Below, piece by piece: positions 19,729 through 28,748 of a DNA stretch of 64,000 bases. The translations under genes were made by a program, and so were the position numbers. The number at the start of each line of letters is the position of its first letter. Position 1 is the stretch's first letter. Location: assembly GCA_050248855.1 (NCBI GenBank), contig JBFWRP010000002.1:64001-128000 (forward strand), written 5' to 3'. The notes beneath the pieces are model-generated. The model did no database searches. It saw nothing but the letters and a program-made list of their open reading frames with translations, and had not been told where the DNA came from. Origin of the DNA: Planctomycetota bacterium (lineage in GTDB: Bacteria > Planctomycetota > PLA2 > JAEUHO01).

Positions 19729-22478
19729 TCCGCTTCCTCCACCCCGAGGTGTTCCTGCTCGGACTCGTGGTCGTGGTGGCGCTGCGCAAGCACTTCGTGC
19801 ATGGCCGCCTCGTCACCGTGCTGCGCGCCTTGATCCTGCTGCTCGTGCTCGGCGCTCTGGCCGAGCCGTGGCGGGTGGGGGCCAGCTCGGGTCGCGACTT
19901 GATCCTGCTCGTGGACCGCTCGCGCTCCGTCCCTCCCGGTGCGCTGGATGCGCTCAAGGAGCACGCCGACCTGGCCGTGGCCCACGCCGAGCCCGGGGAC
20001 CGCATCGGCGTCGTGCTCTTCGGGCGCACGGCCGTGGTCGAGCAGGCGCCGACCGAGGGCTACCGGTACCGCGCGCCGACCGCCACCGTCGATCCGGACG
20101 GGACCGACCTTGCTGCGGGCCTCGAGGCGGCGCTGGCGCTCATCCCCCCGGGTCGCCAGGGTTCGATCCTCGTTCTCTCCGATGGCGAGCAGACGGGTCG
20201 GGATCCGGGGCCCGCGGCGCGTCGTGCGCGCCGCCGCGGCGTGCGCATCGACGCCGCCCCCTTGCGACGCGAGGGCGTGCTGGATGTCGCCATCGAGGAG
20301 GTGGCCGCCCCCGAGGAAGTCGCCGTCGGCGAGCCGTATCAAGTCTCGGTGTGGGTGCGTTCGGATCGCCCTGTCGAAGCGCCGTTTCGCATCCTGCGCG
20401 ACGGCCAGCTGATCGCCGAGGGCCGGCGCACGTTCCGCCGCGGCGTGGACCGCATCCAGTTCCGCGATCGCATCGTGGAGCCGGGCGTCCACCGCTACAC
20501 GGTGCGGCTGGCGCTGGAGGACGATCGCGTTGCCGAGAACAACGAGGCCCAAGGCGCCGTGCGCGTGACCGGCCCGTTCCGCGTGCTGTGCGTCACGCCC
20601 GGAGGGCGCGACGACCGGCTCACGCGCAGCCTCGCGAGCGCGGGGCTGGCCGTCTCCGTCGTCGCGCCCGAGGCCGCGCCCCTGGATCTCGACACGCTTG
20701 ACGGTGTCCGCGCGGTCGTCCTGGAGGACGTGGCCCTGGAGGACCTGCCGCGCGGTTCGGCGCAGGCCCTGCGCAGCTACGTGCGCGACCTCGGCGGCGG
20801 CCTCCTCATGACGGGCGGGGGTGCGTCCTTCGGCCAGGGCGGCTACTACCGATCCCCCGTCGAAGACGTCTTGCCCGTGTCCATGGAGATCCGCGAGGAG
20901 GAGCGGAAGTTCGCCCTGGCCATGGCCATCGCGCTCGACCGTTCCGGCTCGATGGCCGCGCCCGTGCCCGGGGGCGGGACCAAGATGGACCTCGCCAACC
21001 TGGGTGCCGTGGCCGCGATCGAGCTGCTGTCGCGGCGCGACCTCGTGAGCGTGATCGCCGTGGACTCCGCCGCGCACCTCGTCGTGCCGCTCACGCCCGT
21101 GCAGGACAAGGCCGGCATCATCGCCCAGGTGCGGACCATCGAGTCGATGGGCGGCGGCATCTTCACCTACACGGCGCTGCAAGCCGCGGCCTCCCAGCTG
21201 CGCGGCGCGGCGCCGGGGACCAAACACATCGTGATCTTCGCGGATGCGGCCGATGCGGAGGAGCCGGGCGACTACAAGACCTTCGTGCCCAAGCTGCGCG
21301 CGGCGGGCGTCACCGTGTCCGTCATCGGACTCGGCAAGCCCTCCGACCCCGACGGTCCCTTCCTGGAGGACCTGGCCGCCTTGGGTGGGGGCCGTTGCTT
21401 CTTCGGCGAAGACCCGTCGGACCTGCCTCGCATGTTCGCGCAGGAGACGATCCAGGTCGCACGCAGCTCGCTCGCCGAAGAGCCGACGGCCGTCGACGTG
21501 CTCCCCGACATCGTGTCCGTGGGCATGTTGCACGGCGCCGCCTTCCCCGACGTCGACGGCTACAGCATCGCGTACTTGAAGCCCGGGGCGCAGCGTGGCC
21601 TGGTGACGAGCGACGAGACGGCGGCGCCACTGCTCGCCTTCTGGCAGGCCGAGCTCGGACGCAGCGCGGCCTTCCTCGGCATGGCCGATGGGCGCCTTTC
21701 GGGCGCGCTCTCCACGTGGGAGGGCTACGCCGACTTCTTCGCCACGCTCGTGCGCTGGGTTGCCGGCACGGATGCCACGCGGGATCTCTTCGCCGAGGTC
21801 ACGCGCCAGGGGCACGAAGCCGTCGTGGGCGTGGAGGTGGAACCGGGCCGTGAGGATCTTCTCGGCGGCATCGAGGCCCGGCTCGTGGGCCCCGACGACG
21901 CGTCGCGCGCCGTGGTGCTTGCGCGCGTGGGGGAGACGCGCCTGGAAGCGCGCATCAGCTTGCCGCAAGAGGGTGCGTACCGACCCGTGCTGACGACAGG
22001 CGATGGCCGCGTCCTGCGCCTTCCCGCCGTGATGCTTCCCTACTCGCCCGAGTACGAACCGCGTCTGCTACCCGACGAAGGCGAACGCACGTTGCGCGAC
22101 GTCGTGCGCAGTGCGGAGGGGCGCATCGACCCACCGGCCTCCGAGCTGATGGTGGGGAGCCGGGCGTCCGTGGGCACGACGCCCTTGGGCAGGTGGTTCG
22201 CGTGGGCGGCGCTGGGCCTCCTGCTGCTCGAGATCTTCGTCCGGCGTATCCGGCCGCGTCTCCCGGCGCTGGCGGGCCTGCGCCCGGTGCGAGCCGTGCG
22301 CGCCGCTTGGCGGACGTGGCGCACCCCGGCGCCCGGCAAGGCGGACGCACCGAAGGCCGTCGCCGCCTACGAGGCTGTGGCCGGGGACGAGCCGACCCCC
22401 GAGCCCGCTGCGCCCGCGCCTCCGTCCGCCGAGGGCATCGCGGGCGCCTTGGCGCGCGCCAAGCGCAAGCGTCGCTGA
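19725..22478 (+). CDS. Double-VWA protein with glutamine-amidotransferase-like domain
   Basis: DRSRS and DRSGSM MIDAS motifs, GGGLLMTGG..SFGQGGY..SPVEDVLPV, C-terminal TM helix. Confidence 0.9.
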   Translation: MIRFLHPEVFLLGLVVVVALRKHFVHGRLVTVLRALILLLVLGALAEPWRVGASSGRDLILLVDRSRSVPPGALDALKEHADLAVAHAEPGDRIGVVLFGRTAVVEQAPTEGYRYRAPTATVDPDGTDLAAGLEAALALIPPGRQGSILVLSDGEQTGRDPGPAARRARRRGVRIDAAPLRREGVLDVAIEEVAAPEEVAVGEPYQVSVWVRSDRPVEAPFRILRDGQLIAEGRRTFRRGVDRIQFRDRIVEPGVHRYTVRLALEDDRVAENNEAQGAVRVTGPFRVLCVTPGGRDDRLTRSLASAGLAVSVVAPEAAPLDLDTLDGVRAVVLEDVALEDLPRGSAQALRSYVRDLGGGLLMTGGGASFGQGGYYRSPVEDVLPVSMEIREEERKFALAMAIALDRSGSMAAPVPGGGTKMDLANLGAVAAIELLSRRDLVSVIAVDSAAHLVVPLTPVQDKAGIIAQVRTIESMGGGIFTYTALQAAASQLRGAAPGTKHIVIFADAADAEEPGDYKTFVPKLRAAGVTVSVIGLGKPSDPDGPFLEDLAALGGGRCFFGEDPSDLPRMFAQETIQVARSSLAEEPTAVDVLPDIVSVGMLHGAAFPDVDGYSIAYLKPGAQRGLVTSDETAAPLLAFWQAELGRSAAFLGMADGRLSGALSTWEGYADFFATLVRWVAGTDATRDLFAEVTRQGHEAVVGVEVEPGREDLLGGIEARLVGPDDASRAVVLARVGETRLEARISLPQEGAYRPVLTTGDGRVLRLPAVMLPYSPEYEPRLLPDEGERTLRDVVRSAEGRIDPPASELMVGSRASVGTTPLGRWFAWAALGLLLLEIFVRRIRPRLPALAGLRPVRAVRAAWRTWRTPAPGKADAPKAVAAYEAVAGDEPTPEPAAPAPPSAEGIAGALARAKRKRR

Positions 22479-22517
22479 GCGAGGGAGGAGCTGCCTGAGC
22501 TCGAGGGCGAGTGGGAA

Positions 22518-22532
22518 CGGCCCGCGACTTGC
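22518..22532 (+). promoter_or_regulatory. Candidate sigma-54 promoter (CBS gene)
   Basis: CGGCCCGCGACTTGC. Confidence 0.5.
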
Positions 22533-22577
22533 GGGTGGCCTCCACATCGTCGCCGGGTGCGACGGAAAGGAGGCCCC

Positions 22578-23000
22578 ATGCCGAACTCGATCCGAGAGCT
22601 GATGTCGACGCCGCTCGTCAAGCTCAGGCAAAGCGACTCATGCGCACAAGCCGCCCAGGCGATGCAGACGCATGATGTCGGTGATGTCCTGGTCGTCGAC
22701 GACAAGGGGCAGCTGGCCGGCATCTTGACCGATCGTGACATCGTCGTGCGAGGCATCGCCGAAGGCCTCCAGCCCGAGTCGACGTCCTGTGGGGCCCTCT
22801 GCACGACCGAGCCTGTCACCATCTCGGCCGATGACGATCCCGCTCACGCGATCGAGCTGATGGGCCGCAAGGCCATTCGCCGGCTCCCCGTGGTGGAGCA
22901 GGGCCGCTTGGTCGGCATCCTCTCGCTCGGCGATCTGGCGGTGGACCGGGATCGCCAAAGTGCGCTCGGACAGATCAGCTCGGCTCCGCCGACCGCCTGA
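22578..23000 (+). CDS. CBS domain protein
   Basis: GILTDRDIVVR, IRRLPVV, GILSLGDLA; AGGAGG RBS. Confidence 0.95.
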   Translation: MPNSIRELMSTPLVKLRQSDSCAQAAQAMQTHDVGDVLVVDDKGQLAGILTDRDIVVRGIAEGLQPESTSCGALCTTEPVTISADDDPAHAIELMGRKAIRRLPVVEQGRLVGILSLGDLAVDRDRQSALGQISSAPPTA

Positions 23001-23086
23001 TGCTGCCGGCCGCGGGCGCAGCCCGGCGGCCCAAGGCGACACCCCCGCCGCTCCTCGAGCAGGTCCGCGATTCCCCGTCGGACGCG

Positions 23087-23184
23087 GTACGGAGGCGGGG
23101 AATTCTTCCGCAACTTGCCGATGGGCCTTTCCGCATGCCAAGGAGCAAGGCGGCAAGTTGCGGAAGAAATCCCCGCCTCCGTAC
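23087..23184. repeat. 98-bp palindromic REP/MITE-like element, copy 1
   Basis: 34-bp inverted arms (GTACGGAGGCGGGGAATTCTTCCGCAACTTGCCG, one mismatch) around a 30-bp spacer; lies between convergent genes. Confidence 0.9.
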
Positions 23185-23214
23185 GGGCTCGGTCGTGCAA
23201 GACCGCGACTGCCT

Positions 23215-23922
23215 TCAGCTTTCCCCTCCGTGTACGGGTTTCGGGCGCCGCAAGACTTCGACGGTGCTCCCACGGCCCACGAAGACGCTGTCGATGTGTC
23301 GCAAGAAGAGACCGTGTTCGAGCACGCCGGGCGTGTCCGCCAGCCGTGCCGCCACGTCGGGCGCGTCGGGGAGGCTGTCGAAGTACATGTCCAGGATGAA
23401 CGAGCCCTGGTCGGTCAGGAACGGCTGCTGCTTCGCCACCATGCGCTGCGCCACCGGGACGCCGAACCGGCCCAAGGCCCGTTGCACGGCGGCGAGAGCA
23501 ATCGGGAGCACCTCGACGGGGAGCGCCACGCCACCCAGCTGGTCGACGACCTTGCTGGAGTCCACGACCACCACGACCTGGTCGGATGCCTCCGCAATCA
23601 CCTTCTCGCGCAGCAACGCGCCACTGCCACCCTTGATCGCAAACAGGTTTGGCGTCACCTGATCGGCCCCGTCGATGGTCAGGTCGACGGAGGCGGTGCC
23701 GTCCAGGGGCACGACGCCGAGCCCGAGACCCTCGGCGAGGGCTTGGGTGATGCGGGACGTCGCCACGGTCGCGATGCGCAGGCCGCTTGCCACGCGATCG
23801 GCGAGCGCGCGGACGGCGTGACTTGCGGTCCGACCCGTGCCGAGGCCCACGAGCATCTCGCTCCCGGCGAGCTCCGCGGCCGCCGTCGCGGCGGCCACGC
23901 GTTCCCGCTCCAGATCAGGCAT
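23215..23922 (-). CDS. rpiA: Ribose-5-phosphate isomerase A
   Basis: VGLGTGRTA, DGADQV, IKGGSGALLREKVIA, LPVEV, GVLEHGLF. Confidence 0.96.
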   Translation of the reverse strand: MPDLERERVAAATAAAELAGSEMLVGLGTGRTASHAVRALADRVASGLRIATVATSRITQALAEGLGLGVVPLDGTASVDLTIDGADQVTPNLFAIKGGSGALLREKVIAEASDQVVVVVDSSKVVDQLGGVALPVEVLPIALAAVQRALGRFGVPVAQRMVAKQQPFLTDQGSFILDMYFDSLPDAPDVAARLADTPGVLEHGLFLRHIDSVFVGRGSTVEVLRRPKPVHGGES

Positions 23923-23960
23923 GGGTCACGCGCGACGCCCAGGACGCCCGCGAGGTCCGA

Positions 23961-24359
23961 TCAAGGCTCGTTCTGGAGGCTGCGCTTGAAGGCTTCGTAG
24001 GCCGCGACGAAGGCGTCCCGCGTCTCGACCCAGTTCTCCTTGGTCGCCTGGCGGACGGCGTCGTAGCTGTCGCTCACCCTCTGCCAGCCGCTTTCCAAGT
24101 CCTCGCGGGCCTCGTCGCTCCACGTGGCCGCGTCTTGCTTGGCCTCCTCCCACGAGGCGTCCAGCTCCTTCTTGCGCGCGTCGATCAGGCGCATGGCGTC
24201 GTCCTTCCTGTCGATCGTCAGCGTGCGGATCGCGTCCCAGGTCTCGGCGGCCTCTTCACGGACACGCTCGGCGTGGCGATCGTCGCCGCACGCGGGAAGC
24301 AGAAACGCGACCAAGCCAGCGAAGGCGAACGTGCGGAGGGATGCGGGAGGCATGGACAT
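23961..24359 (-). CDS. Small helical lipoprotein
   Basis: Lipobox LPAC; amphipathic Trp-periodic helices. Confidence 0.75.
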   Translation of the reverse strand: MSMPPASLRTFAFAGLVAFLLPACGDDRHAERVREEAAETWDAIRTLTIDRKDDAMRLIDARKKELDASWEEAKQDAATWSDEAREDLESGWQRVSDSYDAVRQATKENWVETRDAFVAAYEAFKRSLQNEP

Positions 24360-24436
24360 GGCAGATCTCCGTTGCGGGGTCACGGCGCGGGCGGGAGCCG
24401 ATAAGCTCGAGCCTTGGTCACCTGCTGCCCCGGGCC

Positions 24437-24451
24437 GCAAAGTGGGTGCCA
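24437..24451 (-). promoter_or_regulatory. Sigma-54 promoter (lipoprotein gene)
   Basis: Minus strand TGGCACCCACTTTGC, matching consensus TGGCAC-N5-TTGC. Confidence 0.7.
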
Positions 24452-24521
24452 GAACGCCCGACACCATTTCGCAGCGGGCGCCGCGCGCATCCGGACCGTG
24501 CACGCACGGCACACCAGGCGT

Positions 24522-24536
24522 CGGCATGCGGGTTGC
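24522..24536 (+). promoter_or_regulatory. Sigma-54 promoter (repeat protein gene)
   Basis: CGGCATGCGGGTTGC. Confidence 0.6.
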
Positions 24537-24617
24537 GCACGTGCGCGGAACGCTGGCAGCCGCGCCGCCGACGGATGCAGCGCCTCCCCGGACGTTCGGC
24601 GGTAGGAGATCCCTCCC

Positions 24618-25835
24618 ATGTCCCGCCACCTGATCTTCGCGTTCATCGCGCTCTTCGCGGCGTGTGCTCTCGGTGCCGACGCCGTCGCGCAGCCCGAGGA
24701 CGACTCACCGCCGCCCGCAGGCGTGGAACCCGGAAACGACCCGGGTCTCCAGGATCCGGGCGCTCCGGAATCGGATCCCCTGGATCTCCCCGCGGAGGCG
24801 AGCCCTCCGGCCGCGCCGGAATCGGATCCACTCGATCTCCCCTCGGAGGCGAGCTATCCGGCCGCGCCGGATGAAGCCGGTGCCGTCGAGACGGAGCCGC
24901 TGACGGCCGACGGACCCTGCGGCGTCCCTGCGCACGTTGGGCCCACGAACGCCATGGAGCCCGCAAGCGCCATGGGGCCGGTCAACGACATGCTCTGTCG
25001 TCAGTACCTTCCGTGCCGCTGCGAGGTGCAGTCGCAGGTCGTCGAGATCCCGGCGTGCCTCGGAACGCGTCGCGTCCCGCAGTACGAAGAGGTCGAGGTC
25101 CCGTGCATGGCGGTCCGTCGTGTACCGCAGGTCCAGACGGTCGAGATTCCCGTGTGGAAGACCCGCAACGTGCCCGTGATGACGACACGTCGCGTTCCGC
25201 GCTACGAGAACGTCGAGGTTCCCTGCTACGCGACGCGGCAGGTGCCCCAGTACGAGTCCGTGGAGATTCCCGTGTGGAAGACCCGCGAAGTGCCGATCCT
25301 GGTGAACCGCTCCGTTCCCCAGACCCGCATGGTCTGTGACGAGTGCACGGGCGAGATGGAGCTGGTCGTCTGCGGCTACACGACCGAGCAGGTCCCGTGC
25401 GGGACCCGCACCGAGCGCTACCAAGACGGCGTGCGTACCGAGCAGCGCCTCGTCGGCTACCGGGCGGAGAGGTACCAGAACGGCACGCGCACCGAGCGGC
25501 GTCTGGCGGGCTACGACACGGAGCAGGTCCAGTGCGGTGTGCGCACGGAGCGCTACCAAGACGGCGTCCGTACCGAGCAGCGCATCTGCGGCTACACATC
25601 CGAGGTCTACCAGGACGGTACGCGCACGGAGCGCCGCCTCGTCGGCTACGACACCGAGAGCTACGTGATCCGGCCCGCCACGACGCGTGTCGTCACGCGG
25701 CGCGTGGTGCTGCCGGCGCAGTGGGTCACCGTGGCGCCCGACGGCCAGGCCGAGCTCGCAGAGCCGAAGCAGGGCACGACGCAGGTGATGTCCCAGTCCG
25801 AGTACGCACGGGCCGCGCGGCTGGCTCTTCGCTAG
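24618..25835 (+). CDS. Secreted Cys-containing repeat protein
   Basis: Signal peptide, Pro/Asp-rich linker with a 17-aa tandem repeat, then 8-aa periodic RRVPxY/EVPC and GTRTERY repeats; AGGAG RBS. Confidence 0.85.
   Translation: MSRHLIFAFIALFAACALGADAVAQPEDDSPPPAGVEPGNDPGLQDPGAPESDPLDLPAEASPPAAPESDPLDLPSEASYPAAPDEAGAVETEPLTADGPCGVPAHVGPTNAMEPASAMGPVNDMLCRQYLPCRCEVQSQVVEIPACLGTRRVPQYEEVEVPCMAVRRVPQVQTVEIPVWKTRNVPVMTTRRVPRYENVEVPCYATRQVPQYESVEIPVWKTREVPILVNRSVPQTRMVCDECTGEMELVVCGYTTEQVPCGTRTERYQDGVRTEQRLVGYRAERYQNGTRTERRLAGYDTEQVQCGVRTERYQDGVRTEQRICGYTSEVYQDGTRTERRLVGYDTESYVIRPATTRVVTRRVVLPAQWVTVAPDGQAELAEPKQGTTQVMSQSEYARAARLALR
24765..24871 (+). repeat. 51-bp tandem repeat (x2) within the CDS
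   Basis: Encodes PESDPLDLPAEASPPAA and PESDPLDLPSEASYPAA. Confidence 0.85.
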
Positions 25836-25836
25836 C

Positions 25837-26838
25837 GTGGGCTGGAACGTGTTCCGTAGCGAGGGCGCCCGTGGCGTTGGTGGAGGCCCGGCGGTCGCAG
25901 CCGGTGGGCTCCCCGTAGCTCCCGAGGCGCCCTTGCTGTCTGACCAGGCTATCGTGGGCCGCGCTCACGAACCGAGGAGGGGGCGTCCCCGAGCGTCCTT
26001 GCGCCGGTTCGCGGAGCGCGGCCCGCTCGATGCCGGCGGTGGACCATCCGCCGACGCGGGCACCAGCCCCCTGGCAAGGCAGCCGACGCGGGAAGAGAGG
26101 CTCCAAGCCCGCCTGTACCGGCTGTTCGACGCCGACGCGGAGCCCATCGTGGCGTTCCTGCGCTGGCTCGCGCACGCACGAAGCCTTCCGCTACGTCCGC
26201 GCCTGTTGGATGTCGGCTGCGGCACGGGCCGCTTGCTCGTGCCCCTGGCGCGTAGAGGTTGGCAGGTGACGGGGATGGAGCCGCATCCGGGCTTCCTGGA
26301 GCTGGCCCGACGCGAAGTGCGCCATGTCGAAGCAGCAAGCGTCCAGGCCGGTGGCTTTGCCGAGATCGCGGCCCCTCGCTCGCAGGACATGGTCGTGGCC
26401 GTCAACGGACCCTTTGCCTACTTGCGCACGCGCGCCGAGCAGCGCGATGCCTTGCGGCGCATCCACCGGGTGCTGCGGCCCGGCGGGGTCCTGTTTCTCG
26501 AGGTGGCCGACTTGCCTCGTCTCGTGCGGGAGCGCAGCGCGACGGGACATCGCGAGCGACGCGGGCGCGGACCGCAGGCAATCGTGCGCACCACCTGCGC
26601 GCGCGTCGGCGGACGTGCTCGCCATCTCGTCCTGGAGGACTGCTACGAGCGCTCCGGACGGCCCGTGGCGCACCAGCGCCACGAGCTGCGCATCTTGCGC
26701 GCCCGCGACCTCACCCGGTTGCTGACGCGGGCGGGCTTCTCGGAGCTCGAGCTCCATCACGACTACGCATCGCGCTCGGACGACGCGACGCACGGGAGTC
26801 ACATCCTGGTCAGTGCCGTTCGTTCGCGAAGCATCTAG
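25837..26838 (+). CDS. Class I SAM-dependent methyltransferase (true start probably further downstream)
   Basis: LLDVGCGTGRL and VLRPGGVLFLE. Confidence 0.85.
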   Translation: MGWNVFRSEGARGVGGGPAVAAGGLPVAPEAPLLSDQAIVGRAHEPRRGRPRASLRRFAERGPLDAGGGPSADAGTSPLARQPTREERLQARLYRLFDADAEPIVAFLRWLAHARSLPLRPRLLDVGCGTGRLLVPLARRGWQVTGMEPHPGFLELARREVRHVEAASVQAGGFAEIAAPRSQDMVVAVNGPFAYLRTRAEQRDALRRIHRVLRPGGVLFLEVADLPRLVRERSATGHRERRGRGPQAIVRTTCARVGGRARHLVLEDCYERSGRPVAHQRHELRILRARDLTRLLTRAGFSELELHHDYASRSDDATHGSHILVSAVRSRSI

Positions 26839-26848
26839 GAGACTGGAC

Positions 26849-27067
26849 ATGACGCCGACGACCTGTGCCCACGGCAGCTGCACGTGCCTCCCGGAGGCGG
26901 GGACGCTCTACTGCTCGACGTGGTGCGAGATCAACAACCAGGCGGTGCCGTGCCGATGCGGCCACGAGGGTTGCGGCGGGGCCGGGCCGTCCGGGCCCGA
27001 GGCACGGGGCGACCTCGCCCTGCACCCGGACGGGCCTCCCGTCCGGATCGAGCACGGCCAGGGCTGA
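26849..27067 (+). CDS. Bacterial metallothionein-like protein
   Basis: CAHGSCTC...YCSTWC...CRCGHEGC; AGGAG RBS. Confidence 0.8.
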   Translation: MTPTTCAHGSCTCLPEAGTLYCSTWCEINNQAVPCRCGHEGCGGAGPSGPEARGDLALHPDGPPVRIEHGQG

Positions 27068-27086
27068 CGCCGGGCGGCCTTCCGCT

Positions 27087-27101
27087 TGGCCGCTCGCTTG
27101 C
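27087..27101 (+). promoter_or_regulatory. Sigma-54 promoter (CsbD-like gene)
   Basis: TGGCCGCTCGCTTGC. Confidence 0.6.
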
Positions 27102-27126
27102 AGGGCGTCGGTCGAAAGGAGGTCGC

Positions 27127-27426
27127 ATGACCCAGCGCAGTCCCAAGCCGAGCCACCCGGAGGCGAAGGGCCCCGCGTCTGCGCCTGGCGAGCAAGCCAA
27201 GCCGTTGGCGGCGAGCGGTTCCCCGTCCGACATCTGGAGGGGCCGCTGGCCCGAGGTGCGCGGCAAGATCCGCGCGGCGTGGAGCCGACTCGGCGACCGC
27301 GAGCTGGACCAGGTCGCGGGCCACCGCGACCAGCTGATCGACCAGATCGCACAGCGGACCGGAGCCGACCGCGGCGAGGTCACGAGTCGCATCCACCAGA
27401 TCGAACGCGAGGTCGTTCGCACGTGA
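27127..27426 (+). CDS. CsbD/YjbJ-like general stress protein
   Basis: GRWPEVRGKIRAAWSRLGDRELDQVAGHRDQLIDQIAQRTG; AGGAGG RBS. Confidence 0.85.
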   Translation: MTQRSPKPSHPEAKGPASAPGEQAKPLAASGSPSDIWRGRWPEVRGKIRAAWSRLGDRELDQVAGHRDQLIDQIAQRTGADRGEVTSRIHQIEREVVRT

Positions 27427-27546
27427 CGTGATCCGGGCTGCGCCGTGCGTGCTCCGGGCGGCGCGGCCCACTTCCATCGCTTCCGCACTTGCCCGACGGC
27501 GCGCCGCTGGTGTGTTCCGATCGGCACCCAGGGAGGCCGTACCACC

Positions 27547-27813
27547 ATGTCAGGAACGCCCACCCGCTCGACGCTCTGGGCGCGATTGCGCCGACTGTTC
27601 GGCTTGACCGGCTCACGGAAGCCGGACGAGGACGCCGATGCCCACCAAGCCGAGGTTCCGGGCGCGGGCCCCTTGCATCCCGACACCATGGACCTGGCCC
27701 CCGACTGTCCCACGTGCCATGGAGCTCGCGTCGTCGTCGTCCCCGAGCCGGAAGGGGGCAAGACGATCGCCCCCTGTCCGGAGTGCGCGCCCAACGACGC
27801 CCTCGGCGGCTGA
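27547..27813 (+). CDS. Small protein with C-terminal CxxC...CxxC Zn ribbon
   Basis: CPTCHG...CPEC; GGAGG RBS. Confidence 0.65.
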   Translation: MSGTPTRSTLWARLRRLFGLTGSRKPDEDADAHQAEVPGAGPLHPDTMDLAPDCPTCHGARVVVVPEPEGGKTIAPCPECAPNDALGG

Positions 27814-27817
27814 GCCC

Positions 27818-27915
27818 GTACGGAGGCGGGGATTTCTTCCGCAACTTGCCGCCCTGCGCTTCGGCATGCGGAAGTGCCCGTCGGCAAGTTGCGGAAGAAT
27901 TCCCCGCCCCCGTAT
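27818..27915. repeat. 98-bp palindromic REP/MITE-like element, copy 2 (inverted relative to copy 1)
   Basis: Near-identical reverse complement of 23087-23184; also between convergent genes. Confidence 0.9.
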
Positions 27916-27942
27916 CGCTCGGGGGCTGAGCTGCCCTCCTGC

Positions 27943-28746
27943 TCAGGCTCGGCGCAGCACCACCGCGGCGGCGGGTTCCAGGACGCGGAACGTGAACGAC
28001 GCCAGGAGGTACAGCTCGACGTGGTCGCGATCGTGGGCCGCGTAGCCGATCGCGTGATCCTGGCCCAGCGCAAGCCGGAAGTCGCCACCGCGTAGCGACA
28101 CGAGCACGCCGCCCTCGAGCACGGGCGCCCAAGCGGGCGGGTGCTCGATCAGCTGTTCGATGCGGCGGCGTATCGGATACCCGTCCTCGGCGCCGCGCGC
28201 GACGTCGCGGAACGGCCCGGGTCCAAGCGCCAGTCCGTAGGGGCCTCCGATTCCCGCTTCCCGGAGCGTTTCGGTCGCCTGCGTCACGACGTCCGGCCAC
28301 GCGTCGGGCGTGGACCCCACGGCGATCGGATCGTGGGGCGTGGCGGCGCAAAGCCCCTGGATGCCAGCGCCGGTGAAGCCGTGGAACAAGGCCGTGTCTT
28401 CGGCGCGCGCCATGCGCTCGGCAGCGGCTTCGACCGGCCGGAGATCCGGCGCATCGAGCCCCGCGGCGATGCGATCCAGCTCGCCGCGGTCCAGCGCGAT
28501 GGACGTACGCAGTTCCACGAGAGGCTGCACCTCCCGCACCGCCGCGTCCACGCCCTCGCACGGAGGCTCGGGACAGGCCTCGGCGCGACCCAGGTTCTCC
28601 GCTGCATGCTCCCACCCAGCCGGTCCCGTGACGTCGACCAAGGTGCGTCCCGCGAGGTTGACTTCGAGAACGCGCCGTGCCTCCTCGTCGATCATCCGCC
28701 ACGCGGCCGGCAGGAGGGGGGCCAAGCTGCGTCGTAGCAGATCCAT
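27943..28746 (-). CDS. Family 1 encapsulin shell protein (Linocin M18-like)
   Basis: MDLLRRSLAPL..AAW..IDEEARRVL...LAGRTLVDV.GP.GW, RGGDFRLALGQD..IGY, SFTFRVLEP. Confidence 0.95.
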   Translation of the reverse strand: MDLLRRSLAPLLPAAWRMIDEEARRVLEVNLAGRTLVDVTGPAGWEHAAENLGRAEACPEPPCEGVDAAVREVQPLVELRTSIALDRGELDRIAAGLDAPDLRPVEAAAERMARAEDTALFHGFTGAGIQGLCAATPHDPIAVGSTPDAWPDVVTQATETLREAGIGGPYGLALGPGPFRDVARGAEDGYPIRRRIEQLIEHPPAWAPVLEGGVLVSLRGGDFRLALGQDHAIGYAAHDRDHVELYLLASFTFRVLEPAAAVVLRRA

Positions 28747-28748
28747 CG

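Noticed and set aside
27065..27813. Further Sec read-through at the TGA stops of the Cys-rich small ORFs
   Set aside because: These TGAs do not fall in CxxC-like positions and no convincing coding continuation follows.
23087..27915. CRISPR array suggested by the repeated 34-bp arms
   Set aside because: The arms are inverted, occur only as two distant pairs, and no cas genes are present.
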